From the NCBI GenBank assembly GCA_965287045.1, contig OZ336889.1, positions 42,532,001 through 42,596,000 of the forward strand: 64,000 bases of DNA, written 5' to 3'. The DNA comes from Carcharhinus amblyrhynchos. Its lineage: Eukaryota. The notes beneath the pieces are model-generated. The model was not told the DNA's origin. It saw only the letters and a list, made by a program, of their open reading frames with translations, and searched no databases. Of this stretch, positions 35,102 through 47,777 are shown one piece after another (the first letter of the stretch is position 1; every line of letters starts with the position of its first letter). The translations under genes were made by a program, and so were the position numbers.

Positions 35102-35278
35102 TATTTTGCAACACAGTGTGCGCCGCTTATAATGTGTTTTATTATTTAGTCGTGGGATGTGGGCGTTGCTGGCAAGGTTTGCATTTGTTGCCCATCCTTA
35201 TTGTTGTTGACAACAGTTAAGATTCAACAATAGTGCTGTGGGTCTGTAGGCACATGTAGGCCGAATCAGGTAATTACT

Positions 35279-35575
35279 CGGCAGCATGGTGGCACATTGT
35301 TTAACACTGCTGCCTCACAGAGCCAGGGACCCAGGTTCAATACTGGCTCAGGTGACTGTGTGGACATTACACGTTCTCCCTGTGTCTGCGTGAGTTTCCT
35401 CTGGGTACTCAGGTTTCCTCCCACAGTCCAAAGATTAAGTGGATTGCCCCTTAGTATCGGAGAGATTAACAGAGTAAATATGTGCGGTTATGGGGATGGG
35501 TAGGATTTTTGTCAGTGTGGACTTGATGGGTTAAATGGCTTCCTTCTGCATTATAAAGATTCTAGATTCTATGAA
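35279..35575 (+). mobile_element. HE1-like V-SINE
   Basis: tRNA head, V-domain and CR1-like tail. Confidence 0.8.
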
Positions 35576-35769
35576 TTCTGTTATAACATTCAAGAAGCTT
35601 AACACGGTTCAGGACAAAGCAGCCCACTTAATTGGCACCTCATTCATTACCTTGAACATTTAATCCCTCTACCACCAATGCAGCAATGTGTACCATCTAC
35701 AAGCTGCACTGCCACAACTTACCAAAGCTCCTTCAATACCTGTAGTCACTACCACTCACAGAACACTGG

Positions 35770-38125
35770 CAGAAGGGAAAAAAGAGAGGTTTTTAGATGG
35801 GAACAAGGGGTACAAATCAGCAGACACATTAGTGGAGTATAAAAAGTGCAGGGTGGAGCTTAGGAAGGCAATTAAGAGAGCAAAGACGAGATATGAGAAA
35901 GCTCTGGCTTGTAAAAGTAGGGAAAATCCAAGATATCCTACAAGTATATCAATGGGAAGAAGATAACTAGGGAAAGAATAGGACCCATTAGGGTGAAGGG
36001 GGCAATCTGGATGGAGCCTGAGGACATCAGTAGAATATTAAACGAATACTTCACATCTGCCTTAACCCAAGGGAATGAGAATTGTAAGGGGATTTCACAG
36101 GGCTTCCCTCTGGGGGATCTTGTATTCAGCCGACTTCAGCTAACACAAAGACATGCGAAAGACAGTTCTTTATTTAACCAACACACACTGAGAGAGAGAG
36201 ATAGCCAGAAGATTCCAACTTCTCTCTGACGTTACATCACGTAAGCTCAACAGATATACATTTTCAAAGATTCGGTCCTCCCAACCCAACCTGTTGTTCA
36301 AACTGGATGGTCCAATTATATTAATTCTCCTTATTTACTTCATCCAATAGCATTCTACCTTCTAGCAGAATTAGGAATTCATTGGTGAACCAAATCCAGA
36401 AGTTTTTCCCTCTCCATTGCCTCATAACCTTACATACGCAAATCTGGCAGATTCAAGGATCGGTCCCAATACCTGCAATCCTGGGAACTGGAAGGGACTC
36501 ACCTCTCCTGTCTGTTTTCTGTCCCCTTTTCAGTGAAAGCTGGATACATCTACCCACTGTAGCTAGAAGCTAAATCCTTCTATTTGTCTCAAAAACCTTG
36601 GTAGCTTTTGGCTGCCTGGCCTGCCAATGATAATAGGGTGTATTCAGTATGCTTCACTGTTCCAAAAGAAAGTGGTCTGTCTATTTTAGCTTATTTCCCA
36701 TTATACTTAGGGGTAAATTGCTTGTAGTCCAAAGCTCACAAAATCCAAAAATACAGTTTAAACCTATTATACTTGTTCAAAAATGATTATATGTGCACTT
36801 ACACAAACAATACCTTTGTAAAATATACATGAGGCACATTGTGATTGTGATACCTTTGGTATAAATTAGGCATACTGTAATCCCTATTTTAAAACTAATT
36901 GATTTTGTTTTAATAATCTTGAAAAAGCAGGGGTTTCTGTATCCTCTGCTACAAGGATGAAGGTATGGAATTCAGGAAGCGAGACTACAATATTCTTGAG
37001 CAAATTAACATAAGGACTGACAAGGTGTTGGCGCGTTTAAAAGTGAATAGATCTCCAAGTCTGGATGAATTGTGTCCCAGGCTGCTGTGGGAGGCAAGGG
37101 AAGAGATTGCAGGGGCTCTGACCCAAATTTTTGATTCCTTGCTGGCCACAGGGGAGGTGCCAGAGAATTGGAGAACAGCAAATATGGTTCTGCTATTTAA
37201 GAACGGTTGTAGTGATAATCCATGAAACTACAGACCAGTGAGTCTCACATAGTGGTCGGAAAACCATTGGAGAAAATTCTGAAGGACAGAATCTATCTCA
37301 GGTTGGAGAGGCAAGGTTTGATCAGGAATAGTCAGCATAGCTTTATCAGAGAGATGTTATCCCTAACAAATTTGATTGGCTTTTTTGAGGAAATGACCAG
37401 ATGTGTAGATGAGGGTACTGCAGTTGATGTAGTCTACATGGTGATGACTGAAGATTGCTTTAGTGACTGGAATCTAATGTCCAGTGGCGTACCACAGGGA
37501 AATGTGTTGGCTCCCCTATTATTCATCATTTATATAAATGGCATAGATGACTATGTGGGGGGGTGGTTAGGATTAGTAAATTTGCAGATGGCACCAGGTG
37601 GTTAACAATGAGGTTTCGTGTCTTGGGTTACAGGAAGAGATGGTCAAATGGGCAGGTAAGTGGCAGATGGAATTTGACCCTGAAAAGTGTGAGGTGATAA
37701 TACTTTGACAAGGAAGTATTCAATGAACAACATGATACTAAGAACCTCTGAAGAACAAAGGGACTTTGGCATGTTTCTCCATAGATCTCTGTAGGCAGAA
37801 GGGCATGTCAGTGGAGTGGTGAAAAAGGCACATGCAACATAGAGTACAAAAGCAAGGAAGCCACAAGGAGTTTTATATAACTTTGGTAAAGCCACAGTTA
37901 CAGTACTGAGTGCAGTTCTGTTCATCATATTATAGGAAGGAATGTGATTGCACTGGTGAAGGTGCAGAAGAGATTCATCAGGATGTTGCCAGGTATAGAA
38001 CACAATTTATGAAGAGAGATTGGATAGACTTGTGGAGCAGATTGAGGGGCAAACTGATCGAGGTGTACAAGATTATAAGGGGAAAGGACAGGGTGGATTG
38101 GGAGCAGTTACTCCCCTTAGTTGAA
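35770..38125 (+). mobile_element. Decayed CR1 ORF2 interrupted by a solo LTR
   Basis: LNEYFTSALT, SPSLDELCPRLLWEAREEIAGAL, SGVPQGNVLAPLLFIIYINGID; frame restored across the 36083-36953 insertion. Confidence 0.85.
36083..36953 (-). mobile_element. Solo LTR (871 bp)
   Basis: TGTA...TACA termini, 5-bp flanks AGAAT/AGGAT, AATAAA on minus at 36169-36174, no coding capacity. Confidence 0.75.
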
Positions 38126-39190
38126 CATAAGAACATAAGAACTGGGAGCAGGAGTTGGCCATCTGGCCCCTTGAGCCTGCTCCGCCATTCGATAAGATCA
38201 TGGCTGATCTTTTCCTGGACTCAGCTCCACTTACCTGCCGGCTTACCATAACTCTTAATTTCTTTACTTTTCAAAAATTTATCTACCCTTGCCTTAAAAA
38301 CATTCAATGAAGTAGCCACAACTGCTTCACTGGACAGGGAATTCCACAGATTCACAACCCTTTGGGTCAACTCAGTCCTAAACCTGTTCCATCTTATTTT
38401 GAGGCTATGCCCCCTAGTTCTAGTTTCACTTGCCAGTGGAAACAACTTCCCTGCTTCTATCTTATCCAGAATCTTCATAATCTTATGTTTCTATAAGATC
38501 TCCCCTCATTTTTCTGAATTCCAATGACTACTGCCCCAGACTACTCAGTTTCTCCTCATAACTCTGGAATCAACCTTGTGCCTCTCCTCTATATCCCCTC
38601 CAGTGTATCCTTTCTCAAGTAAGGAGACCAAAACCGTACACGGTAGTCAAAATGTGGCATCACCACACCTTATACAGCTGCAACATAACCTTGCTGTTTT
38701 TAAACTCCATCCTCAAGCAATGAAGGACAAAATTCCATTTGCTTCCTTAATTACCTGCTGCACCTGCAAACCAACATTTTGTGATTCATGCACAAAGACC
38801 CCAGATCCCTTTGCACAGCAGCATGCTGCAATTTTTTACCATTTAAATAATAATCCATTTTGCTGTTATTCCTACCAAAATCAATGACCTCACACTTACC
38901 AACATTAATCTCCATCTGCAAGACCCTTGCCCACTCACTATCTAGATTCCTTTGCAGACTTTCAACGTCCTTTGCACACTTCATTCTACTGCTCATGTTA
39001 GTGTCATCTGCAAATTTTGACACAACCTTTATCTTATGCAGCAGTCTTTGGTGCAGCACCTTGTCAAATGCCTTCTGCAAATCCAGATACACTACATCCA
39101 CAGGTTCCCCATTGTCCACTGCATATGTAATGTTCTCAAAGATTTCACCAAATTAGTCAAACATGACCTGTCCCTTCACGAACTGTGCTG
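38125..39190 (-). mobile_element. CR1 LINE 3' portion with internal deletion
   Basis: [32 protein letters not shown], (TTCTTATG)n tail at 38125-38140. Confidence 0.88.
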
Positions 39191-39489
39191 CATCTGGATA
39201 ATACATAAAACTTAATAGCAGGGGACAACTGCTTGTCACAAATAAACAATAGAATCACCAGGGAGTTATTTGCTAGTTAGAGAAAGTGAGCTTAGAAGTT
39301 GATTAATTTAGCAGAATTCATTAACATGGATGAACTAGATGGACTGATCACTCACTGAGCGCTGAATTGTAAATGAACAATATCAATGGCTTGATGATGG
39401 GTGTGCATAATGCGATATAAAAATTAATCTCACTCAGAGAGATTGTTAGGCTAGTAAGCATGCAAAAGACTCTTGGTTGACCTGCCCTC

Positions 39490-39730
39490 TGCTTTGAGCA
39501 TTCTGCATGGACCATTCTCTCTGCAACATCCTGCTCCACTTCTCAGTCACTCTCAACACCTCTCCCTTTCTTGTGCCATCCTTCCATGCAAGCATAGAGG
39601 ATACAACATCTGCCCTTTACCTCCTCCCTTTTCACCATCCATGGCCCCAAACACATCTTGTAAGGGGTACTTCTTTCTGTTTAGTATACTATATTTGTTG
39701 CTTACAACATAATCTGCTCAATATTAATGA
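39490..39730 (+). mobile_element. Fragment of a second Penelope family (GIY-YIG region)
   Basis: DHSLCNILLH, PCKHRGYNICP and LVYYICCLQHNLLNINE resemble the degenerate PLE Zn-linker and GIY-YIG start. Confidence 0.55.
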
Positions 39731-40505
39731 GTAAGAAGTCTCACAATACCAGGTTAAACTCCAACAGGTTTATTTGGTAGCAAAAGCCACTAGCTTTTGG
39801 AGCACTCACTGCTTCTTTGTCAGGTGAGTGGGATTTCAGTTCACAAACAGGGCATATAAAGACAACAACTCAATTTACAAAATAATGCTTGGAATGCAAA
39901 TCTTTATAGGTAATCAAGTCTTAAGGGTACAGACAATGTGAGTGGAGAGATGGATAAGCACAGGTTAAAGAGATGTGTATCGTCTCCACCCAGGACAGTT
40001 AGTGAGATTTTACAAGCCCAGGCAAGTCATGGGGATTACAGATAGTGTGACATGAACCCAAGATCCCGGTTGAGGCTGTCCTCATGTGTGCAGAACTTGG
40101 CTATCAGTCTCTGCTCAGCGACTCTGCGCTGTCGTGTGTCGTGAAGGCCGCCTTGGAGAATTCTTACTGAAGATCAGAGGCCGAATGCCCATGACCGCTG
40201 AAGTGTTCCCCAAAAGGAAGAGAACACTCTTGCCTGGTGATGGTCGAGCAGTGTTCATTCATCCATTGTCATAGCGTCTGCATGGTCTCCCCAATGTACC
40301 ACGCCTTGGGACATCCTTTCCTGCAGCATATCAGGTAGACAACATTGGCCGAGTTGCAAGACTACGTACCATGTACCTGATGGATGGTGTTTTCACATGA
40401 GATGATGGCATCCATGTCAATGATCCAGCATATCTTCCACGGTACACAGTACGTATACTTGCAACTCAGCCAGGTTGTCTACCTGTTACGCTGCAGGAAG
40501 GGATA
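39731..40505 (-). mobile_element. Penelope 3' fragment (endonuclease plus pLTR) with short inverted 5' end
   Basis: Closely matches 32380-33080; 40437-40505 is an inverted copy of 40312-40380. Confidence 0.85.
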
Positions 40506-41999
40506 GATGGGTCCTACCTTATACCCATCTTTATTGATCACTGTGACAGAGCTAGATATTGTACAGGACCAGCTCCCTCCTCTCAGTAGGAACCAGATCC
40601 CCCTCCCAGCCACTTAATTAAGGGGTAAGTGGGAGGGGAGGGATAATATGTCCTCACGATAATGTCAGAATGGTTAGGATTATTAAAGGAATCGACAGGC
40701 AGATTGGGATCTGGTGCAAAGATCCAGAATCAAGGGGAATGATCTTCAAATCAGGGCTTGGCCCTTCAGAGATGACATGAGGAAGTACCTCTTCACACAA
40801 AAGGCTTTACTGCTCTGGCTCCAAACTGCAGAGGCTGGAGCTCCACTGCAAATTTCAGGACCGAGATTGGACAATGATTTTAATGGTTACAGACCCAAGT
40901 TGATCGTATTTTCAAGAAGAAATTAGGTATAGTTCTTGCTAAAAGAATCAAGGGATATGGGGGAAGTGGGATCAGGATGTTGAATTCAATGATCATCCAT
41001 CGAATGTTTCAAAGAAAAAGAATCAACGCTCCCAAAACACATCAACTGCCTTTCCTCTCATCTGAATCATGTCGATAAAGCTCGTGTTACTCTTGTTAAT
41101 GAGGCTAAAGCAAATTGACAGCAAGAAGAAGTAGGAAACTATGTTGGCATTGAATTCAAAATCAAATCTTGCTTTATGTCTATTTTGGGACTTCATCCAG
41201 TGTAGAAGTTTAAACAGAAGAAGATGTGGAGGAAAGTATATTGGATTGTTAGAGATCCTGTAATATTTCATAGCATTAATTGGGATTTGTAGAAACACTG
41301 TATCTGAGAGAATCTAAATGCTGATCTTGTGGAATTAACTGAATATAGCAGAGAAGAAGTGAATCCTCAAGATCAGTTACACACTTGGGATTTTTTAAAA
41401 TATAATTCTGTTGTACTTAAAGGTAGATCCAGAAAAGTGCCTGAGTTTCTTTTCCTGCTTAAGTCCAGATGAACATATGTATAATAGTATTCAATATGAA
41501 AACTTTTAGTTTATCAGTGTTAATCCACTTGCTGCCCTCTGTTGGAACTGTGTGGGAACTTTATTTGGCCATAGTAACATACTTGTTGTCCTTTAGATGT
41601 ACACCATCTGAAGGATTTTGGGATGGGATTTTGCTGCCTACCTGCTAAAGTCTGTTGAAATTTTAATTCAAGCTATTTTGATCTAAATTACCTTCTAATG
41701 CTTTCTATTCATGCTCAAGCAAAACTCAATACCAATAGACAACTGCGTGCTTCTAACACATCAAGGTTTGATTCTGGAGGCGCCAATAGCGGCTTTTGAG
41801 CAAAACAGCTTATTGTTAAACAATTTAGAATGTGCACTACAGTTAGCATGGGATACCACAATTCCTGATCTCTCCAACTGATGGAAAATCACACTGACAG
41901 ACCTTATACTTAAGGCTAAAAATTGCTCATTTGTTCTTTTTAAAATGGAAAGTTGTCCAGAAGCACAAGCAAACCAGTACATTAATACGATAGTTCTTG

Positions 42000-42440
42000 G
42001 AGGAGAATGCTTTCAGACAACGTGACACAATTTGGATAGACTGGCGTTGTTTTCTTTGAAGCAGAGGAGACCGAGATGAGGTATGATTGAGATGTGTAAA
42101 ATTATGATGGATAGAGATAGACAAGAATAAACATTTTTCTTTGGTGGAGAGATCAGTGATGATTGGGCATAGATTTAAGATAAGGGCAGGAGGTTTAGAA
42201 GGCATGAAAAGAAAAACATTTTCATCCAGAGGGTGGTGGGAATCTGGAACTCATTGCCTGAAGGAGTGATGAAGACAGAGATCGTCATTACATTTAAGTA
42301 TTTAGATGTGCTAAGGCATGCAAGGCTATGGACCAAGCTTTTGAAAATGGGATTAGAATAGTTAATGTGGCTGTTTCTGACTGGCACTGATGCGATGGGC
42401 TGAAGGGCCTTTTCTATGCTGTAGAGCTTTATGACTCCAA
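42000..42440 (+). mobile_element. Decayed CR1 3' end
   Basis: gggcatagatttaagataagg...ttcatccagagggtggtgggaatctggaactcattgcctg and CR1 3' UTR. Confidence 0.75.
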
Positions 42441-42582
42441 GATATAATGCTGAGCAAATATTTGGTCAAAGAAATAGGTTTTAAAGAGCAACTTAATGGT
42501 GGAAAGGCAGAGACATGTAGGTGGAACAGAAGACCCAAAAATCATGTCTCTCTCCTATCCGACTTATTTTCATTTGCTGCAT

Positions 42583-42890
42583 GATGGCACAGTGGTTAGC
42601 ATTGCTGCCTCACAGCACGAGGGACTCGGGTTCGATTCCGGGCTTGGGTCACTGTCTGTGCAGAGTCTGCACGTTCTCCCCATGTCTGCATGGATTTCCT
42701 TTGGATGCTCCGGTTTCCTCCCACAATCCAAAAGACCTGCTGGTTAGGTGCATTGGCCATGCTAAATTCTCCCTCAGTATTCCCAAACAGGGGCCGGAGT
42801 GTGGCGGCTAAGGAATTTTCATAGTAACTTCATTGTAGTAAGCGTACTTCATTGCTGTAAGCGTACTTGTGACTAATAAACGAACTTTAA
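42583..42890 (+). mobile_element. V-SINE (same subfamily as 10471 and 58187)
   Basis: tRNA head with GGTTCGATTCC B-box, V-domain, shared tail with local 20-bp duplication. Confidence 0.88.
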
Positions 42891-45269
42891 AAAACTCATC
42901 AGAATTAAGCAAGAGAATAATGCTGCTTTTGTTAAGACACCAAGGAGGTAATGTCTGGTTTAAAGTTGGAGAACTCCAGCCTTGTGTGAGGCTCCATATT
43001 CAGCTAGTTCCTCTTTCTGTTGTTAGCCCCACAGGTGTTGAAAATCGCTCTCAGTTGTATGTGGCAATATAAATCTTGCATATAAACAACAACTTTTTGC
43101 TTGCACTTACGAGAACACATGCCATGCCAGTGGGAACTGGTTGTGTAGCATCGTGTGAGGGGTGAATTTTGGTCCAGTCTGCAGACTTCCTGGAAGAGGG
43201 TAACGGGCCACACTTTGTAAACCACTGCACTATACCATTGACAGCTGCACATTCAGTTGCCCAGACCCTAAGCTCGGGAATTCCATTACCACCTCTCTAC
43301 TTCCGTTTTTAAAGGCATTTCTCAAAATCTATCTTTTGATGAATGTTTTGATCTTCAGTCCTAATATATCCTTATATGGCTTGGTGTTAAGTTTTGTTTA
43401 CTGACTCCTGTAAAGTATCTTGGGATGATTTATTTCAGCAAAGGCGCTATATAAACGCAAGTTGTTTAGTAAGCGATGTCGGTACTGTTGAGGTACATCG
43501 GAGTATAATTTGTGCACAAATTTAGCCCACAATCTTTTGGACTTTCAAGATGATAAGAAGGATGATAAAGGAGAGTAGAAATTATGCATATCTCTCCAGG
43601 TGCGTGCTCATTAGTGCAGGTACTGCCTCTAGCTATGATGACTTTCAACGATATGGGGATAGCAAATGCCAATTAATGGCAGTATACGAGAAAGTTCTCA
43701 TTAACCACTGATGTAGCATCCGAATAAAATAATTTCCATATTTTTAAACTTGGGATTCCTTAAATATTTCTGTTCTCTGGGGATTGGATTCCATAACTAT
43801 GTCAATTTTCCTACCAAAATTTCAAGTCAATAACAGTCAATTACCAGGTAGCATTTCAGGTAACCACCTGTCATGTACTCACTTACCTTTTAACAGAGTG
43901 AATACAGAAAGTGTTGATAGCTAATTGATTGAGGGGTTTATATTTAAATTATTTTCAGATATCATTGATGTGTTGCTGCAATTAATGCTGAAGAGATCTG
44001 GTTCAATGATAGGAAAATCTTTGCATAGATTGCTCTTCCTGCTCAATGTGTCATCTTGTTTATTTTATTTAGAAATATACCCATCTGACATATGATCTTC
44101 GCATGCCGAAGCTTTCACCCATACTCTGCTTGCCTAGTGGGATGTGTCCCAGTGTGCAAGGCTGTGATTTTAGTGGCCCAAATCTTCCATTTGGAGTCAG
44201 AACCGATATTTCTGACTTTGACTGGATCAAAAAAAAATCACACTTATCTTCCTCCAATTTTTCTGGGCAAATTTCCGATGAAGAATCCTTCCAAACTGAC
44301 TCAGTTCAAGACACCTTAGCAACAGCAGTGAAGAGAATCTGCACAGAAATCATGCCTATTCTTACATCACTAGTTGTTGTTTTTGGTAATTACAGCATAA
44401 ATGTCACAAAGCTGCAGAAAGAAGGTGCGTTAGTAAAGGAAGTCAGAAGGAAGATTTGGGGAGGATAAGAGGTGTAGTCAGTTCGGTAGACAGGTGGTTG
44501 GAGCTAGTCAGGCTGGATTGGGTGTCAGAGGGATGGGGATTAGTTGAGTGGTAAGGGCTAGCCAGCTTCAGTGGAGGATAGTCAATGTGAATAATAGTTT
44601 GGAGGTACCAGTTGAACAGTATTACCCAAGAATTAGACTCGGATTTTTCTAGATAATTTTTCAGAGGGTCCGAAGGAGCAGGGGTATCATTCATTGGAAG
44701 TTCAAACTTTCTCAGCAATTCCCAGGGAGTCAGTATGTTGGGACTTGTGGGGGTGCCCTGTTGTATATTATGGGGGCACATCCGGTCTCTGATTATCCAG
44801 ATAATGAAAGATCTGGTCTAATCTGTAATATCTATGAAGGATACCTGGCCTATGAAAAAATGCAACTACTTTTCTTTTCAATAGTATTATCTTTGAAGCT
44901 ATTTTACATTGGACATGCAGTACAGAACCAGTCCTTGCTAGTGTTAATGCTCCACTTGATCCTCTTTCCATCTAAATGTTCCTCATCTAAATGTGAGACA
45001 CATCCATAGTGAGTCTGGATATCAGCAATTTGAAGCACAGTGGGAATTTGCTGCACAGGAGATGTACTTTTTGCACTTTTTTCTTTGCAACTAAGTTCTT
45101 CTTAAATTTTTGGAGAGTGGTCGTGAACTGCTTCAGCAGTAGCGGTTACAAGGGGAATGCTGGTTGGTTAGTAGTCGATAAGGTCGGGCAAGTATTCACA
45201 ACTATTAGCAATTAATGTTTCAAAGGTCTTTGTGTGCTTTATCATTTGTATATTCTGTAATAATGAGGA

Positions 45270-46530
45270 TGGAAAAAAAGGACCTTAAGTGTAATTGATT
45301 TAAAAGGTTTAATTTAAAGGGGTAAGTCATGGCAGAAGAAATTAAAGCTATGGTGTGCTCCTCCTCCACATACTCCATCTGGGAAACCAAGAACATTTCC
45401 AGTGCCCAGGGCAAACATGTGTGCAGGAAGTGTCTCCAGCTGCAGCTCCTAGATGTCTGGCTTTCAGATGATTGTTTGCGCTGCATCAGAGAGGGGAGGA
45501 GGGTCAAAAATTGGCTGGGGCAGTGATCACGAGTGACAGATCTCCCAGTGCACTGTGTACCCAAAGAGATCCCTTTAGGTTAAGTGGGCAAATAGTAAAT
45601 GCAGAATAATGTGGAAAAATGTGAAGTTGTTCATTTTGAAAGGGAGGACAAAAGAACAGGGTATTATTTAAATGGAGAAAAATTACAGAAAGCTGCAACA
45701 CAAAGGGATTTGGTACCTGTGCACAAAATACAAAGTTAGTACACAGGTGCAGCATATAAGCAGGAAGGCTGATGGATTGTTTGCCCCTTATTTCAAGGGG
45801 GTTAGAGTATAAGAGTAGGGAAGTCTTGCTGCAACTTACAAAGTACTATTGAGACCACATCTGGAGTACTGCAAGTAGTTTTGGTCCCCTTATTTAAGGA
45901 AAGATATTATTTCATTGGAGGCAGTTCAGAGAAGGTTCACTAGGATGATCCCTGGTCTGGAGGGATTGCCTTATGAGAAAAGGTTAAACAGGTTGGGCTT
46001 CTACTCTAAGTGGAGCTGAATCCACAAAAAGATCAGCCATGATCTTATTAAATGGCGGAGCAGGCTCGAGGGGCCAGATGGCCTAGTTCTTATGCTCTTA
46101 TGTACTCATTGGTATTTAGAAAAATGGGAGGTGATCTCAATGGAACATATAGGATTCTGAAGGGACTTGACATGATAAATGCTGAAATGGTGTTTTCCCT
46201 CATGGGAGAGTGTAAGACTGGAAAAGATGGTCTCCCTACTACTTCTTCCCCCTCTCAGAATAAAGGGGCACCTAGTTAAGATTGAGATGTGGAGAAATTT
46301 CTTCTCTGAATGTTGAGAGTCTTTAGAACTCCTGGCCACAGAGAGCTGTGGGGGCAGAGTCTTTGTGTATATTTAAGGGTGAGATGGATAGATTTTTGAT
46401 GAGTAAGGGAATCAAGGGTTTTGAGAAAAGGGCAGAAAAGTGGGCGTGAGGAATATCAGATCAGCCATGATCTTATTGAATGGTGAAACAGGTTTGACGG
46501 TCTGAACGGCCTACTCTTGTTCCTATCTCT
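45270..46530 (+). mobile_element. Internally deleted CR1 (ORF1 Zn-finger start joined to ORF2 C-terminus and 3' UTR)
   Basis: MVCSSSTYSIWE...HVCRKCLQLQLL followed directly by CR1 3' sequence; extra 3' UTR piece nested at about 46010-46100. Confidence 0.75.
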
Positions 46531-46603
46531 AAAAAAACTCATCATAACCCAATATTCCCTTCTCCCTCATATGCAGTTGTGCTGTTCACATGCAGAGTTC
46601 TCA

Positions 46604-47591
46604 TGGGCCCAATTCTCCCATCCCGATGCATGCGTTTTTTTGGCACGTCAGGTTGGGAGATGCACGTTAGCCATTTTGCAGGATTCACGCATGGGAGTCT
46701 CCCCATAGCCGGAGAGCAGGAGCAGTAGGGACTGTGATGGAAATCGGCGGAAAGATAGGTAAGTGATTTAAATCTGTTTTTAATCTTATTTCAATGTCAT
46801 TATCAGGCCCAGGACTGAATTCTCCGGGCCTGATAGCATCTCGCACTCTGCCAGGAGTATTTCACTCCGATGGGGTAGAGAGTAGCTCCCCACTTACAGG
46901 AAACTAATGGGATATCCTGCCGGAGTGAAGAGAAGGCAATCAGGGTCCCCCAAGGCATTGAAAGATGGGGGTGATGCCCCCTGGCAGTGCTAGCCTGTGC
47001 CCCTGGCACTGCCCACTGGGTATCAGGTAGTGCCAAGGATGCAGGGCCTATTGTGGGCAGGGGCAACAGGGTGATCAATCTGCAGATATGATCGGTTGGG
47101 ACTAGAGGGAGGCCAGCAATCAGGGTGGGCTGATGGAGGGGTGTGGTCTGCCTCCCGGCAGAGGGGAGTCTGTCTCCCGTGGAGGGGGAGGGGGGTCTGC
47201 GTCCCAGAGAAGGGGGTCTGCCTCCTGGGGAGGTGGGGTGCGGTGAAGATGTCGGTGCTAGCCCCGGAATGCTTGTGCAGACCGCAATCGGGCTGTAGGG
47301 GTGGCGCGAGAGGCAGTAGTGCAAAGGTCCCGGCTGGCCAGCGATCAAGGTGACCAGCAAACTGCAGTCTGGCAGTTCGGGGCTACTGCGCAGGCGTAGA
47401 GGCCGGAAATGTCAGACTGTAGCATGAATAGGCCCCATCCCCCATGCTTTTAATGATATTCACAATTGTGGCCTTTGCATTGCACAGAGTGTGGGAGATT
47501 CAGTCTGAAGTTGCACTGCGAAAACAATCATGAGTTACACCATTTTTCTCGCCAATTCAGCACTTAGAATTTTTTGGGAGAATTGGGCCCA
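46604..47591. mobile_element. Non-autonomous DNA transposon (about 1 kb, TIR-bounded, possibly PIF/Harbinger)
   Basis: Perfect 17-bp inverted termini TGGGCCCAATTCTCCCA / TGGGAGAATTGGGCCCA; GC-rich interior; no transposase; no clear TSD. Confidence 0.75.
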
Positions 47592-47777
47592 CGGTGTGGT
47601 AACAAGGTCCATATCCTCACTACTCTTTAGATGAAGTTACTTCTGAAATCCCTATTGCATTTCTTGGTGACTAGTTTTTTTGGATCAATAAAGCACAAGT
47701 CGGGAGTGTTATACGTTTGCTTGATCTCACAAAGAGGTGCGGGTCTTGGTTGGTTGAATGTTATGTGTTTATTGATA

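Noticed and set aside
46803-47360. 185-aa Pro-rich ORF
   Set aside because: It lies within the GC-rich TIR element, has low-complexity composition and shows no transposase motifs.
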